A DNA stretch of 34,406 nucleotides from positions 9,137,076-9,171,481 of the forward strand of contig NC_057758.1 in the NCBI RefSeq assembly GCF_004010195.1, given 5' to 3'. A program made the translations under genes and the position numbers. Source of the DNA: Chiloscyllium plagiosum. Lineage: Eukaryota. The notes under the pieces are model-generated. The model made no database searches and was not told where the DNA came from. It saw only the letters and a program-made list of their open reading frames with translations. Of this stretch, positions 1-11,774 are shown one piece after another; within the stretch, counting starts at the first letter, position 1; each line of letters starts with the position of its first letter.

Positions 1-536
1 GTGTGTGTGAGAGAGAGAGAATGAGTGTGCGTGAGAGAGAGAATGTGAGAGTGTGTCAGAGAGGGAGAGTGTGTGTGAGAGGCAGACAGTGTGTGTGTGA
101 GGGTGAGAGAGTGTGTATGTGTGAAAGAGAGAGTGTGTCTGTGAGACAGAAACAGAGAGTGTGAAATAGAGAGAATGAGATAGTGTGTGTGAGAGAGAGC
201 GAGAGTGCGTGAGAGAGAAAGTGAGTCAGAGTGTGTGTGTGTTTATGTGAGAGAGAGTGCGTGTGAGTGAAACTGCGTGTGTGATAGAGAGAGAGAGTGA
301 GAGCGTGTTTCAGTGTCAGACAGAGAGTTAGTGTGAGATAGAGAGAGAATGAGATAGTATGTGTGTGAGGGGGAGTGAGTGTTAGAGTGTGTGTGAGAGA
401 ATGTGAGACAGAGAGATTGTGTATGTGTGTGACAGAGAGAGAATGTCAGTGTGTGTGAGAGAAAGAGAATGTCAGACAGAGTGTGTGAGGGAGAGAGAGA
501 ATGTGAGAGTGTGCGTGAGAGAAAGAGAGAGCCAGA
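1..536. repeat. degenerate (GA)n/(GT)n low-complexity tract
   Basis: Alternating gaga/gtgt runs up to the gap. Confidence 0.95.
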
Positions 537-1036
537 NNNNNNNNNNNNNNNNNNNNNNNNNNNNNNNNNNNNNNNNNNNNNNNNNNNNNNNNNNNNNNNN
601 NNNNNNNNNNNNNNNNNNNNNNNNNNNNNNNNNNNNNNNNNNNNNNNNNNNNNNNNNNNNNNNNNNNNNNNNNNNNNNNNNNNNNNNNNNNNNNNNNNNN
701 NNNNNNNNNNNNNNNNNNNNNNNNNNNNNNNNNNNNNNNNNNNNNNNNNNNNNNNNNNNNNNNNNNNNNNNNNNNNNNNNNNNNNNNNNNNNNNNNNNNN
801 NNNNNNNNNNNNNNNNNNNNNNNNNNNNNNNNNNNNNNNNNNNNNNNNNNNNNNNNNNNNNNNNNNNNNNNNNNNNNNNNNNNNNNNNNNNNNNNNNNNN
901 NNNNNNNNNNNNNNNNNNNNNNNNNNNNNNNNNNNNNNNNNNNNNNNNNNNNNNNNNNNNNNNNNNNNNNNNNNNNNNNNNNNNNNNNNNNNNNNNNNNN
1001 NNNNNNNNNNNNNNNNNNNNNNNNNNNNNNNNNNNN
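537..1036. other. assembly gap (500 N)
   Basis: Exactly 500 N, the same size as the second gap, so a scaffolding placeholder. Confidence 0.99.
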
Positions 1037-1927
1037 GCAATTGTTATATTTTCCCAGGGAAATTGTGGGATCTCCAACTGCACCACTCGTTACATGGTGG
1101 CCATGGCAATGGCGGATCTACTGACGATTATCACTGAGGTCATGCTTCTCCGAATCAATTGATATTATTTCCCGATGTCTCTCCTGAAGCTCACTGCTGT
1201 TTGTAAAGTTAACTATCTCCTGGCTTGATTAGCAATGGACTGTTCAGTCTGGTTCAGTGTCGCTTTCACGTTTGATCGATTTATGGCAATTTGTTCCGAG
1301 AGGCTTAAAATTAAATATTGCACCAGGAAAACTGCAACAGGAGCTCTTACAACAATCAATATATTTTTTAGTTTAAAAAAACACCCATTTACTTCCGATT
1401 TTAGCGAATTATTAACAATGTTCTTCTGTATTATTCTATCAAACGGAATCTATTTCACTGACCCGAGATGGATTGTATTTAGAATGTTTGATAAGGTTTT
1501 AACACCATTGTTACTACTTGATTTAATTCTGTTGCACAATGCTCTGATAGTCAGGCAAATGTTAGTGGCTAGTCGAGTCCGTAAGGGACTGAAGGTTCAT
1601 ATCAAGGGACAGAATGATCCAGAGATGGAGAGCAGACGGAATTCTTTTATTTTAATTCCCACAATTTCGTGCAGTTTTATACTGTTGTGGTTACTGTATA
1701 TTTTGTTCATTTTTAATGTTAATGAACTCCTCGATGACAATTGTGAATGTATATTTGAGGACATTGCACATATGTTGCAGAATTTAAATTGCAACACAAA
1801 AGCATTAATTTATATTGCGACGCAATCCAAGTTCAGAGAGGAGTTGAAGAGCATGGTGAAATATCCAGTTATAATAATTATGAAACGAACTTCGAAAGGA
1901 AATATCTCAGAGCTGCTCAAAAGATGA
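1037..1927 (+). pseudogene. GPR139/GPR142-like class A GPCR, copy A, exon 2 (5' end lost in gap), disabled
   Basis: Motifs AIVIFSQGNCGIS..TTRYMVAMAMADLL, DCSVWFSVAFTFDRF, LHNALIVR, DPEMESRR, IYIATQSKFRE. In-frame TGA at 1160-1162 and 1226-1228; -1 frameshift near 1380 and +1 near 1447 relative to intact copy C. Confidence 0.9.
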
Positions 1928-4689
1928 CACGCGAATGAAATGAGTGGATTGGCAGAGCATGGTTGGGAAAGAAAATAGAGAAGCAAGATGTATTGAGGTG
2001 GCGTGACCAATCCACATGGCGTAACAGAGGAACTAAGAAAGAACAGGGGCACCAGTTCAGGCAGAAACCTTCTTCAGGCCTGAAAGAAATGAACAGGCAT
2101 AACACAAATCCGCAAAAGCAGCAAGGCACGTCCTATATGAACTTGTATGACTGATTACAAAAGAGCAGGAAAATTCTCACATCCTAGAGAAAAGAGGACA
2201 AGGCCTAGAGAAAACAACCGTCCTGCAAACACGGTTGAAATGTGCATACGAGGAAACAAAATGATGGGTTAACATTGTATGCTGCAGGATTTTATTCCTT
2301 ACATGGCATCAACAAAATCATTTTCTGTCAGACAGAGCTCAATAATTCAACAAAGAAAGGATCAACTTGGCGTTGTACTTTATTCATCATATTATTGCCA
2401 TTGATACTGGTACAGATTAGACGCAATGGTTTCTGTGGTGAGGAACTCGTCGCCACTCTTGAAAATGCGCATCCACCTTCTTGAAGGCAGACGTCTGAAA
2501 TATAATGAAACACTCGCAGATGTGCTCGGATTGGTGCAGCTCGAACTGTATGTGAGTTTCTCAAATGATGCGGCAGGAATTTAACTGTTAAACCCTTTTG
2601 TTAACAAGTTGAATTTTCGCATCAGAGCCGGATTCTGCTCAGAGATAAGTAGATTTACGTAGTCTAGTTAAACATTCAGCTCCTGATAAAGCAGTTATCC
2701 ATCTATGACTGGAAACCCTTCACCTGAATGCGGCCCTCAGTATTGTCTTCACGTCTTTTGATTAATGGGGGGGTTCGGGATTTGGGGGAAGCAAATCCAT
2801 ACAGTGATTCATTGAAATCTAACTTAAATAAGGTTGAATAATGATATATGGGAATTGTTTGATAGTGAGAATTATGCACAATGGGGAAGGAAGTGATTCA
2901 CTTAGCATTTCTTCCAAACTGAAAAGCGTGAGGGGAGAGTTCGGTGCAGGATTCCAACTCCCCAACCCGAACCCACCTCGACGTACCCGGTTCTGGTCAG
3001 TTGCAGGCAGAGGATATTTCAGCAATTGCGCAAGTTGTTAGAGAAATGGTCAAAACGCGAAAACTGTCCTGTAGTCTTTTTCGATTTTTGGGCATTGGGT
3101 GTTGACCTAGGGCATGCATGTTCTCTGCAGTGTGCAAGCACCAAACAGACTGGGAGAGATAGGCAGACCGATTAGGAATCTACAAAGAGAGTAAAGATAA
3201 TACCAATGTATTTGTTTCTGAATGAAAGTAGGAACAAGTGTCCTTGTGGAAACGTCATTGAACTCAGAGATCCCATGCTGATGCTCTGAAGATGTATTTT
3301 CAAACAATCCCCTTGTCTGATGCAGCTGTTTCCCTGAAGATCGCTTTTCCACGAATATAACACAGACTCTGCTTAGACATTGCACAATTTCGACATTTTC
3401 TCATTCTGCCGTTTTTTTTGTTGCACTCCAGAGTCGTGTACAATTTTAGTATTTGTGAAACCTGCGGACTCCTCATCAGCTTTCATTGCTATTTGTTAAT
3501 GGGTTATTTCAGATAACGTTAAGCCTGTTCTGAGAAATCTGACAGAAATCTTGCTTCATCGTCATTAAAAAGTTATTCATGAAATTTCCAATCATGGAAC
3601 GGACGAAGAAAACCTTGTATTATTTCTCGAATCTTCTGCTCTTTCTCTGAGCAATTGTCATCAATTAATTTCAAAAAATGATAAGAAAGAAATTGTGCTC
3701 AAATGACACATTGTCCTGTTTCTATAATACTGAAAGTAATTGTAAATTTGAAAACCTGTGTTACAGTCCTTAACTCTGGCTAATGATTGCCCTCACACTC
3801 TTGAATGATGACATTTAAACATTAGAGAACAACACATGCAAAGAATTGTGATGACCATGGACAGGTCCTTCATGGAATGATCAGGATGAAGACGAGTTCT
3901 AGGTACATTTCGTTCAATAAAGTGCCGGATTTAAAATCATTTAATGGCGGTTTCCTACTTGATTAAATGGTTTTCTACAAAAAAAATAATAATTCAGACA
4001 GGACTTCTACGATTGTTGGTTGATATTTGTGCATAACGCATTTTGTCAATTTCCAACGAGGTAAGAGAATACTGAATTCCGTCTACATTTCCCACTGTCT
4101 GGTACTGTATATGACCAAGCACCTTTAATTTTCTCCCCACCTCTCACTGTCAGATCCATGAATCTCTGGGACTGTGGAACTTTGTTACAAGTCATACATT
4201 GTAAGTGGGATTCATTCTGTCTCTTAATCTTGCTGACAGTCAGCATGATTTGCAGCATTAATTTCAGAATCTCTAGTTTTCTGCATGGAAGTGTGATTCA
4301 CTCTGCACTCTGGTATCTGTGAGATGACAGTGCTCAGTGATGGAGCTCCATCCGTCCCATTTAATTAAGACTCCATCATTGACGACTCGTATCAACACAC
4401 AGTGTCTGGCACCACTTCGGCATACAAAGACCAATTATGAAATGGTCTTCCCCAGCAGCTCGAGCATTTCCGTCTCTTCAGGAACAGGGAACAAAGAGTC
4501 GTTCTGCTCAGATCAGAGAAGGAGTGCGTGAGGTGGATTTTCTGCATATGCCTGGACAGTATCCGAGCCGTGCCCCCTATAAACATACGATTCTCAACTG
4601 AATCAACACTTCCTGCTCCAAATTTTCTGGAATAATTACACGGTTCTGAAACAGAAATTGAGTGAGTGCCACTCTCTCACAGAGCATTA

Positions 4690-5445
4690 CCAGATGGTCA
4701 GTGCTGAGGAAGTGCTGCACTATTGGAGACTCAGTGCTGAGGGAGAGCCGCACTGCTGGAGGTCAATGCTGAGGGAGTGCTACACTATTGGAAGGGTCAG
4801 TGCTGAGGGAAGTGCCGCACTGTTGAAGTTTCAATGCATGAGTGGGCATTATCAAATGGTCAGAGCAGACAGAGCTCTGCACTGTCGGAGGGTCAGTGTT
4901 CAGGGAGTTCCTCACCGTTGGACGGTCCGTGCTGAGGGAGCGTTGAATTATCGGAGGCTCAGTACTGAGGGAGTGGTCACTGTCAGAGTGTCAGCACTGA
5001 GGGAGTGCAGCACTGTTGGAGGGTCAGTAATGAGGGAGAGGCCACTGTCAGAGGGTCAACACTGAGGGAGAAACCACTGTTGGATGGTCAGTGCTGAGGG
5101 AGAGAGCAATATTACAGGATCAGTGCTGAGATAGTTGGCACTCATGTAAGTTCAGTGCTGAAGGAGCGGCGCACCTGCTGAGGTTCAGTCCTGTTGGAAG
5201 GGGCACTGTCTGAGGGAAAAGTCCTGTTGAATGGGTCACTGTTGGAACGGGCAGTGCTGTGGGAATGTCGCACTATTGGAGAGTTAGTGCTGAGGGAGCG
5301 GCGCACTGATGCAGGGTCAATGTTGTGTAAGTGCCGCACTGTTGCAGGGTAAATACTGTGGGAGTGTCGCACTGTTGGAGGGTCAGTTCTGTGGGAGTGC
5401 TGCACTGTCAGAGGGTCAGTGCTGTGTGAGTGCTGCATTGTTGTC
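4690..5445. repeat. 33-bp degenerate minisatellite (consensus ~gagggagtgctgcactgtcggagggtcagtgct)
   Basis: About 20 units, e.g. actgttggagggtcagttctgtgggagtgctgc followed by actgtcagagggtcagtgctgtgtgagtgctgc at 5371-5436. Confidence 0.93.
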
Positions 5446-6169
5446 AGGGATTGTGGAGATGGTCGTCTGAGATGGAAAATGGTGAGATTTCTACACAGCT
5501 CGAATTCTGTGGGGTGCTGCTTTCAGATTCAGCAATAATCTCAGATCAGTGACAAAGCAATGAGTGAGTTAAGCTGAGCATTCGACACACGATGAAACCA
5601 TCAAAATGCCAATCCCCAGCTCCAGGGCAACGGACAGTCTGTAACTAGCTAATGGAAACCAGCTGCAATGGCAGGAGTTGCTGGGGAGGGAGCTGATGTG
5701 TGGTCAGTGACTGACTTGGACTCTCTCTCTCCCTCGGTCATTAAGTCACTTGAGATATATCCACAACCAGTTCCACACGATCCAGAAACATGGCCCATTT
5801 ATCCAGACAGGCATTCCCAAATGTGAAGCAGGAGTGCATCGAAATATCTAGTCCCGAGGTTGGGGGGTGTAGGGAAGGACCGTATATCTAACACACCGTG
5901 ATCACAGATCCTGGGGTAGGCGGCTTTGCCCTGGAACTTCTCCAATGTTGCTGGACATGCCCCCCCCCCGCCCCCCCCCCGGTGCACATGGCCTGGTAGA
6001 TGATGTATTTGAGGAACGGTTTGACGTGTCAGCCATGCCTCAGGCCGAAAGGGGCCGGGGACAGGGGGTGAGGGGGATCAAAACTGTGGTTCCGGCCTGG
6101 CGTGGAGTGCTAATGAAAGTAGGAAAAGGGGGTGGGGGGAAGTGAAGACTGCTGAGGTAAGGGTAGTCT

Positions 6170-7140
6170 GGTACAGAGACAGAGAGAAGGGTTAGATAGC
6201 GAGAACGAGAGCGAGACAGACAGACATAGAGAGAAAGAAAAGGAGACGGTGCCAGGTAGATAGGGAGAAAGAGAAAGTGTTGAGTGGAGAGAGGAGAATA
6301 CAGCGAAAAAGTGAGGCAGACAGACAGAGAGAAACAGAACTGTGGATAGAGAAAAAGAGCGAGAAAGGCATAGATAGAGGGAAAGACTTTGAGTCGTAGA
6401 GACAGAGGCAGACATACAGGGAGAGTGTGAGCGAGAATGACAGATTTTGAGAGAGTTACAGAGAAATAGAAAGACACAAAGAGAGACAGTGTGTGAAATG
6501 GAAAGAGAGAGGTTTAAATAGATAGAGAGATGTAGAGAGAGAGGGAGAGAGACAGCCAGGCAGACAAACAGACACTGTGAGGGAAAGGTCAGGTTAGCGA
6601 TCAAAATCACAGAGAGAGAGAGAAGTGACTATGAAGACAGAGAGAAAGAGAGCCAGATACAGAGGGATGAGCAAATTACTGCGGATGATAGAATTTATAC
6701 TGGAAATAAGAGATGCTGGAGTTCACAGCAAGTCAGAAAGTATCCATAAAGAGAGAGCCAGCTTCCGTTTCAAGCATTTCTTGACTCAATGCATGAGCTT
6801 GCTCTCTTTCCGTGAATGCTGTCTGACCCACTGTGATCTCCAGCATTTGTTGTTTACAGGAGAGACAGAGTGGTGTACACAGAAAAACAGAGATATAGCT
6901 GGAAAGAGAGAGAAAGAAATACTGACGGCAGTCAGGGGTAGTAACATAAAGATAGGGCTAGCACGAGAGAGAGACATAGAAAGAGAAAAGAGAGAGACAG
7001 TAAGGTACAGTTTGAAAGGGAGAGAAAGAATGACAGAAGGAGCAGTAGATAGTGAAGTGTTAATAGACAGATGACGTCAGAGACAGAGAATGAAGTAGGG
7101 AGTGTGCGAGAGAGATGCAGACAAAGAGAGAGAGAGCTGT
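6170..7140. repeat. GA-rich low-complexity tract
   Basis: Purine-rich gaga/gaca repeats; the ORFs over it are artefactual. Confidence 0.9.
6710..6852. mobile_element. short fold-back element made of two inverted PLE 3' ends
   Basis: atgctggagttcacagcaagtcagaaagtat...gagagagccagct is the imperfect reverse complement of agcttgctctcttt...atgctgtctgacccactgtgatctccagcat; the arm resembles the PLE tail at 21734-21765. Confidence 0.65.
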
Positions 7141-7149
7141 AGAAAAAGA

Positions 7150-7880
7150 AAATCCAACCTTGGTGGTGGAGAAAGTATTAGAATCAATTCTGAGGAACAC
7201 AATTAATTTTCATTTGGAGATACAGGAATGAATCTGGAACAGTAAGCTTGGCTTTATTAAAGGGAGGACATGTCAAATCAACATCATTGTTTTTATTTTC
7301 AGAGGTGACCAGTTGTGCAAACAACGGTAATGTATTATTTTTGACGTTGTCTACAGGGCGTCAGCCAGGCACTCGATATGGTCCCACATCGGAGACTGAC
7401 AGGAAAGGTAAGAGCCCAAATATCCAAAGAAATTTGGAGAGATGAATTCACAGTTGGCTGAGATGCAGAAGGCAGAGGGTCTTGGTTGAGAGGTGTCTTT
7501 GTGACTGGAAGATTGCGACCAGTGGGATCACAGGATCCCTGCTGTTTGTGGGTGACATCAATGATTTAGACTTGAATTTAGGAGAGATGGTCAGTTGAAT
7601 TCAATCCAGGCAAGTGTGAGCTGATGCTTTTGGGCAAGGCAAACAAAGCAGGAATATACATGACTGAGTGTTTACGAGTAGGGAGGTGATGCTGGAACAG
7701 GATAAAACAGTTCAGGTCACAGCTGGAATATTGCGTGCAGTTCTGGAATCCACATTAAGGAAGGGATGTAATAACACTGGATAGGATGTTGCTTGACCTA
7801 GAGAGTTTCATGTTTGTGGAGAGATCAAAAAACCTAAGGTTATTTTTCTAAGATCAGAGGAGTCTGAGGGAGAAAGTGAT
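7150..7880 (+). mobile_element. decayed CR1 LINE RT fragment with internal deletions
   Basis: Similar to the CR1 at 17797-18791 (tgactgga..gaccagtgg, atcaatgatttagac, gtgcagttctgg). Confidence 0.8.
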
Positions 7881-8049
7881 GCAGACATGGCAAATGATGG
7901 CTGAGTCTGCATTTGGACTGAGTCACTCCGGACTGCTGTTAGGATTATTCCTGAAATTCACATTCCAGGAGGGTTGTGAGTCAGTCCCTCAGTGCTACAG
8001 CACATGCTTCTTTCTTCATCTGCTTGGCCACAGATACACGCACTCACAT

Positions 8050-8290
8050 ATGAGGATACAAAATCCACCCAGACACAGACACAGGCACCGACACATTATT
8101 ACATATTGAAAACAAACGCACACGAAGACTCACTGAAAGCAATTGTACACAACGGGAGAGACAGACGGTCATACAGACACACACACAAACACAGATGTGA
8201 TGGTGTAGGGTGGTTTGGGCATTAAGTTTGGGTTGGAGTGTGGTGGGTGTGTATGTGTGTGTGTGGTGGAGATGGTGTGAAAGGGTGGGG
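8050..8290. repeat. CA-rich then GT-rich low-complexity sequence
   Basis: cacacac / gtgtgtg runs. Confidence 0.6.
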
Positions 8291-8516
8291 GGATTGGAGC
8301 TGGAGAATATTCTGACTCTGGGACTCGCTCTCCATCTCTTGCATCTTTTACTCCTTGACGTTATGTTCCTGTTGCCTGACTCTGGCTTTTCCAGGGGGCG
8401 GCATTTTCCTCTGTGGATGGCTCAGCTTGCTGAAGCTGAGGGGCGATGCTCAGGGCTCCTGCAGCCCGCCATCTCATAAACCCAACCCTTTCTCAAACCT
8501 CACTCCCTCGCTCAAT

Positions 8517-9047
8517 CCCTGCTCAACATTGACATTCCACCCCATTTGCAGAATACCTCCGGTCCGTGCACAAGCATGAGCCTGACCTTCTCTTAGCACA
8601 GTTATTTTAACAGAGCATCCTGCTCGCAAGCCCATGTGTCTGTGTTCGGTACGCTACCATACCCCAGTGAATCACAGCGCAAGCTGGTTTAGCAGCATCT
8701 CATATTCAAACCAGGCATGTTCTCAAACTTCTGAACTTGCGTTGAGTTCAACACCTTCAAATTGCGAACTCATTCCTTCATTTTCTCTCAGCTTTGCTTT
8801 TTAATTTTTGTCTATCACGCTCTCTCCCCTCACGCCAACACCAGTGGACGATCTACTCTTGCCAGTTTGGCAGGTCGAAACACAGTTATTCTACCATTCG
8901 CACAGTCTGATCACTTCATCTAAATTATCAATATCGTTTCTAAGCCCCAGCAATCAACCATCCCCCAGCAATGTTGCATAAATGCAGGTCCCTCCAGACG
9001 TCAACATCTAGACTCAGAACGTGAGTTTCCTCCCTCGCCATGGATAC
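8517..9047 (+). mobile_element. decayed Neptune-type PLE 3' fragment (end of GIY-YIG domain plus 3' tail)
   Basis: tttgcagaatacctccggtcc..., cagcatctcatattc... match the EHL..., LIFRLG segments of the PLE at 21144-21815. Confidence 0.7.
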
Positions 9048-9049
9048 AT

Positions 9050-9580
9050 TCCTCATGATGTCACACACGTCTACAAGGTCACTCCTCAGCCTCCGAAGCT
9101 CCAGGGAAAAAAACAACCCCAGCCGATTCAACTTCTTCCTACACTTCAAATCCTCCAACGGTGGCAACATCCTTGTATGTTTTTCTGAATTCTTTCAAGT
9201 TTCACAACATCCTTCCAATATTCTGCAAAAGGCCTGGCCAGTCTCCCGTGCAGCCGCAACACGACCTCCCAACCCCTGTACTCAATGCTCTTACCAAGAA
9301 AGGAAAGCATACCAAACGCCTTCTTCGTATCTACTTGCGACTCGACTTTCAAGAAACTATGAACCCGCACTCCTTGTTCTCTTTGCTCAGCACCCCCCCC
9401 CCCCCCACCCAGGACATTATAAAACCTGTCTGATATGCTTTTGCAAAATGCACATTAACTAACTTAAACCCCATCTGCTACACCTAAGCCCATTGGCCAA
9501 TTTGATTCTCAGGTTACCTTCTTGGCTACCCACTACAACGCTAAATTTGGTGTCATCTGAGAACTTACAAACTATATCTC
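9050..9580 (-). mobile_element. CR1 LINE fragment
   Basis: Minus-strand peptides KVESQVDTKKAFGMLSFLGKSIEYRGWEV and LNRLGLF..LELRRLRSDL. Confidence 0.85.
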
Positions 9581-9794
9581 ATATATTCCCATGTTACGTC
9601 CTTTCCATCTTCCCTGAGAACCTTTACATGTGGCATGTGCAAGGTTACTCCGTTAGTAATACAATGCCGCATTCCCAAAGAATGTGTGGATTTCCGCTAA
9701 TTGCAGTCCTTTCTTAACTGAAAAGTTCACTCCAGTGTTTTACACATGTGATTTTCGTTTTGTCCCAATGATGTTTCTTCTGTCCAGGAGTGGA

Positions 9795-10010
9795 TGGTGG
9801 AACTTGGAAGCTGGCGGAATTTAAATTCAGTTAATATATCTGGAACTGAAAGCAAATCATGATAGTGACCCCGGAGCTATCGTGGATTGACATGATAACG
9901 CCTCTGGTTTGCTAATGGCGTTCAGGTCATCCTTTCCTGGTCTGGCCCACAGACACACAGCAATTTGATTCATTGTTAATGCTCTCTGAAGACGCTTTAA
10001 GTAGTCATTC
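9795..10010 (+). mobile_element. probable decayed SINE body (family unassigned)
   Basis: ggcggaatttaaattcagttaata..tctgg, cctggtctggcc..cagacacacagcaat resemble a common shark interspersed repeat as I recall it; not verified. Confidence 0.45.
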
Positions 10011-10019
10011 AGTTCAGTG

Positions 10020-11750
10020 GAGTATCGATTTTGATAAGGGATAGCATTGCAGCTGTGCTGAGGGAGGACATTCCCGGAAATACATCGAGGGAAGTTATTT
10101 GCGTGGAGCTGGGAAATACGAAAGGGATTGTGTTGTAGAACCCCTAATAGTCAATGGGAAATTAAGAAATACTTTTGTAAGAATATTTCAGTTATGCATA
10201 ACAATAATAGCGGGGTTATGATAAGGGACTTTTAATTTCCAAACATGGACTGGGATAGCGTGAAGTGTTTGGATGGAGAAGAGTTGTTAAAAGTGAACAA
10301 GAAATTTTTCTGATTTAGTATGTGAATGTACCTAGTAGAGAAGTGCAAACATTGACCTGCTCTTGGGTAATGAAGCACGACAGGTGACTAATTTGTCAGT
10401 GGGGAAGTAATTTGGGGCCAGCGACTGATATCCTATGAGTTTTAAAATCGTGATGGAAAAGGATAGACCAGATCTAACAGTTGAAGCTCTCAATTTCAGG
10501 AAGGCTCATTTTGACGGTATTAGGCAAGAACTTACAAAAGCTGATTGGAGCAGATGTTTGCAGGTAAAGGAACGACTGAAAAATGGGACGACTTCAGAAA
10601 TGAGACAACGAGAGTCCAGCGTGAACGAAAAGGCTGGTAGGTGTAGAGAATGCTGTATGACGAAAGACATTGAGGGTTTGGTGAAGAACAAGGAGGAATT
10701 ATATATCATTTATAGACAGGAGATATTGAGTGAATCATTAGAAGAGTATAAAGGCTGTAGGAGTATACTTGGGAGGGAAATCAGGAAGGCAAAAACAGGA
10801 CATGAGATAGCTTTGGGAAATAATGTCATAGAGAATCCAAAGTGTTTTCACAAATACATTAAGGACAATCGATAACTCGGGACAGAATAGGGCACCTCAA
10901 TGATCAGTAAGATTGTCTTCGTATGGAGTTTTAGGAGATGGAGAGATACTAAACGAGTATTTGGCATCATGGTTTACTGTAGAGAAGAACATGGAAGATA
11001 TAAAATGTGAGGAAATGAATGGTGGCATCTCGAGAAATGTTAATATTACAGAGGAGGAATTGCTGTATGTCTTAAAATGCATAAACGTGTATAAATCCCC
11101 ACGACCTGGTCAGGTCCCTAGAACTCTGTGACAAGCCAGGGAAGTGATTGCTGGTCCTCTTACTGAGATACTTGTATCATCGATATTCACAGGTGTGGTG
11201 TCAGAAGACCGGAGGATGGCTAACATGGTACCATTATTAAACAAAAAAGATGTTAATAACAAACCAGGGAATTATAGACCAGTAAGCCGACATTGGTGGT
11301 GAGCAAGTTGTTGGAGCAAATCCTGACGGACATGATTTACACATATCTGAATAGACAAGGAATGATTAAGGATAGTCAGCCTGGTTTTGTGCGAGGGAAA
11401 TCATGTCTCACGAACTTGAGTGAGTTCCTTTGAAAAAGTAACAAAGGAGATGATAACGGCAGAGCGGTGAACGCGATTAATATCTTAAGTAAGGCGTTCG
11501 ATAAGGTTCCCATGGGAGACTGGTTAGCAACGTCACATCTCATGGAATACAGGGAAATCTAGCCATTTGAATACAAAACTGGCTCAAAGGTAGAAGACAG
11601 AGGGTGGTGGTGGAGGGTTGTTGACTGTGACCAGTGGAGTGCCACAAGGATTGGTGCTGGGTCCACTACTTTTCGTCATTTACATAACTTATTTGGATAT
11701 ATACATGGGAGATGTATGGGTAATTTTGTAGATTTCACCAAATTTGGAGA
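10020..11750 (+). mobile_element. CR1 LINE ORF2 fragment (endonuclease end, linker, RT), many stops and frameshifts
   Basis: GDFNFPN.DW, LNFRKAHFDGIRQEL, ENPKCFHKYIK, EILNEYLASWFT, KSPRP, PGNYRPVS, SKAFDKVP, GVPQG. Confidence 0.92.
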
Positions 11751-11774
11751 TTCAACGTTTGGGAGAAGATTTGT

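Larger units (their letters stand above)
1037..9047 (+). repeat. segmental duplication unit A
   Basis: 1037-4309 aligns by eye with about 13524-16783, and 8517-9047 with 16788-17312; roughly 80% identity. Confidence 0.9.

Noticed and set aside
243..1162. Long ORFs spanning the first N gap (likewise 18742-19353)
   Set aside because: Artefacts of translating N runs and simple repeats
2050..2085. Minus-strand ctgaagaaggtttctgcctgaac resembling a hammerhead
   Set aside because: GAAA and cleavage triplet missing, not conserved in duplicate B, no PLE context
3107..3385. ORF similar to 15607-15861, suggesting a conserved gene
   Set aside because: Similarity is explained by the segmental duplication; frames and stops differ and there is no recognisable domain
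4658..5438. ORFs over the 33-bp repeat; possible CRISPR-like array
   Set aside because: Contiguous degenerate tandem units without unique spacers, in a eukaryotic context
6040..7074. Hydrophobic or charged ORFs of 145-166 aa
   Set aside because: Translations of GA/TC low-complexity DNA
8990..9045. Hammerhead position in the old PLE tail (also about 17255-17310)
   Set aside because: Core CUGANGA and GAAA are no longer recognisable
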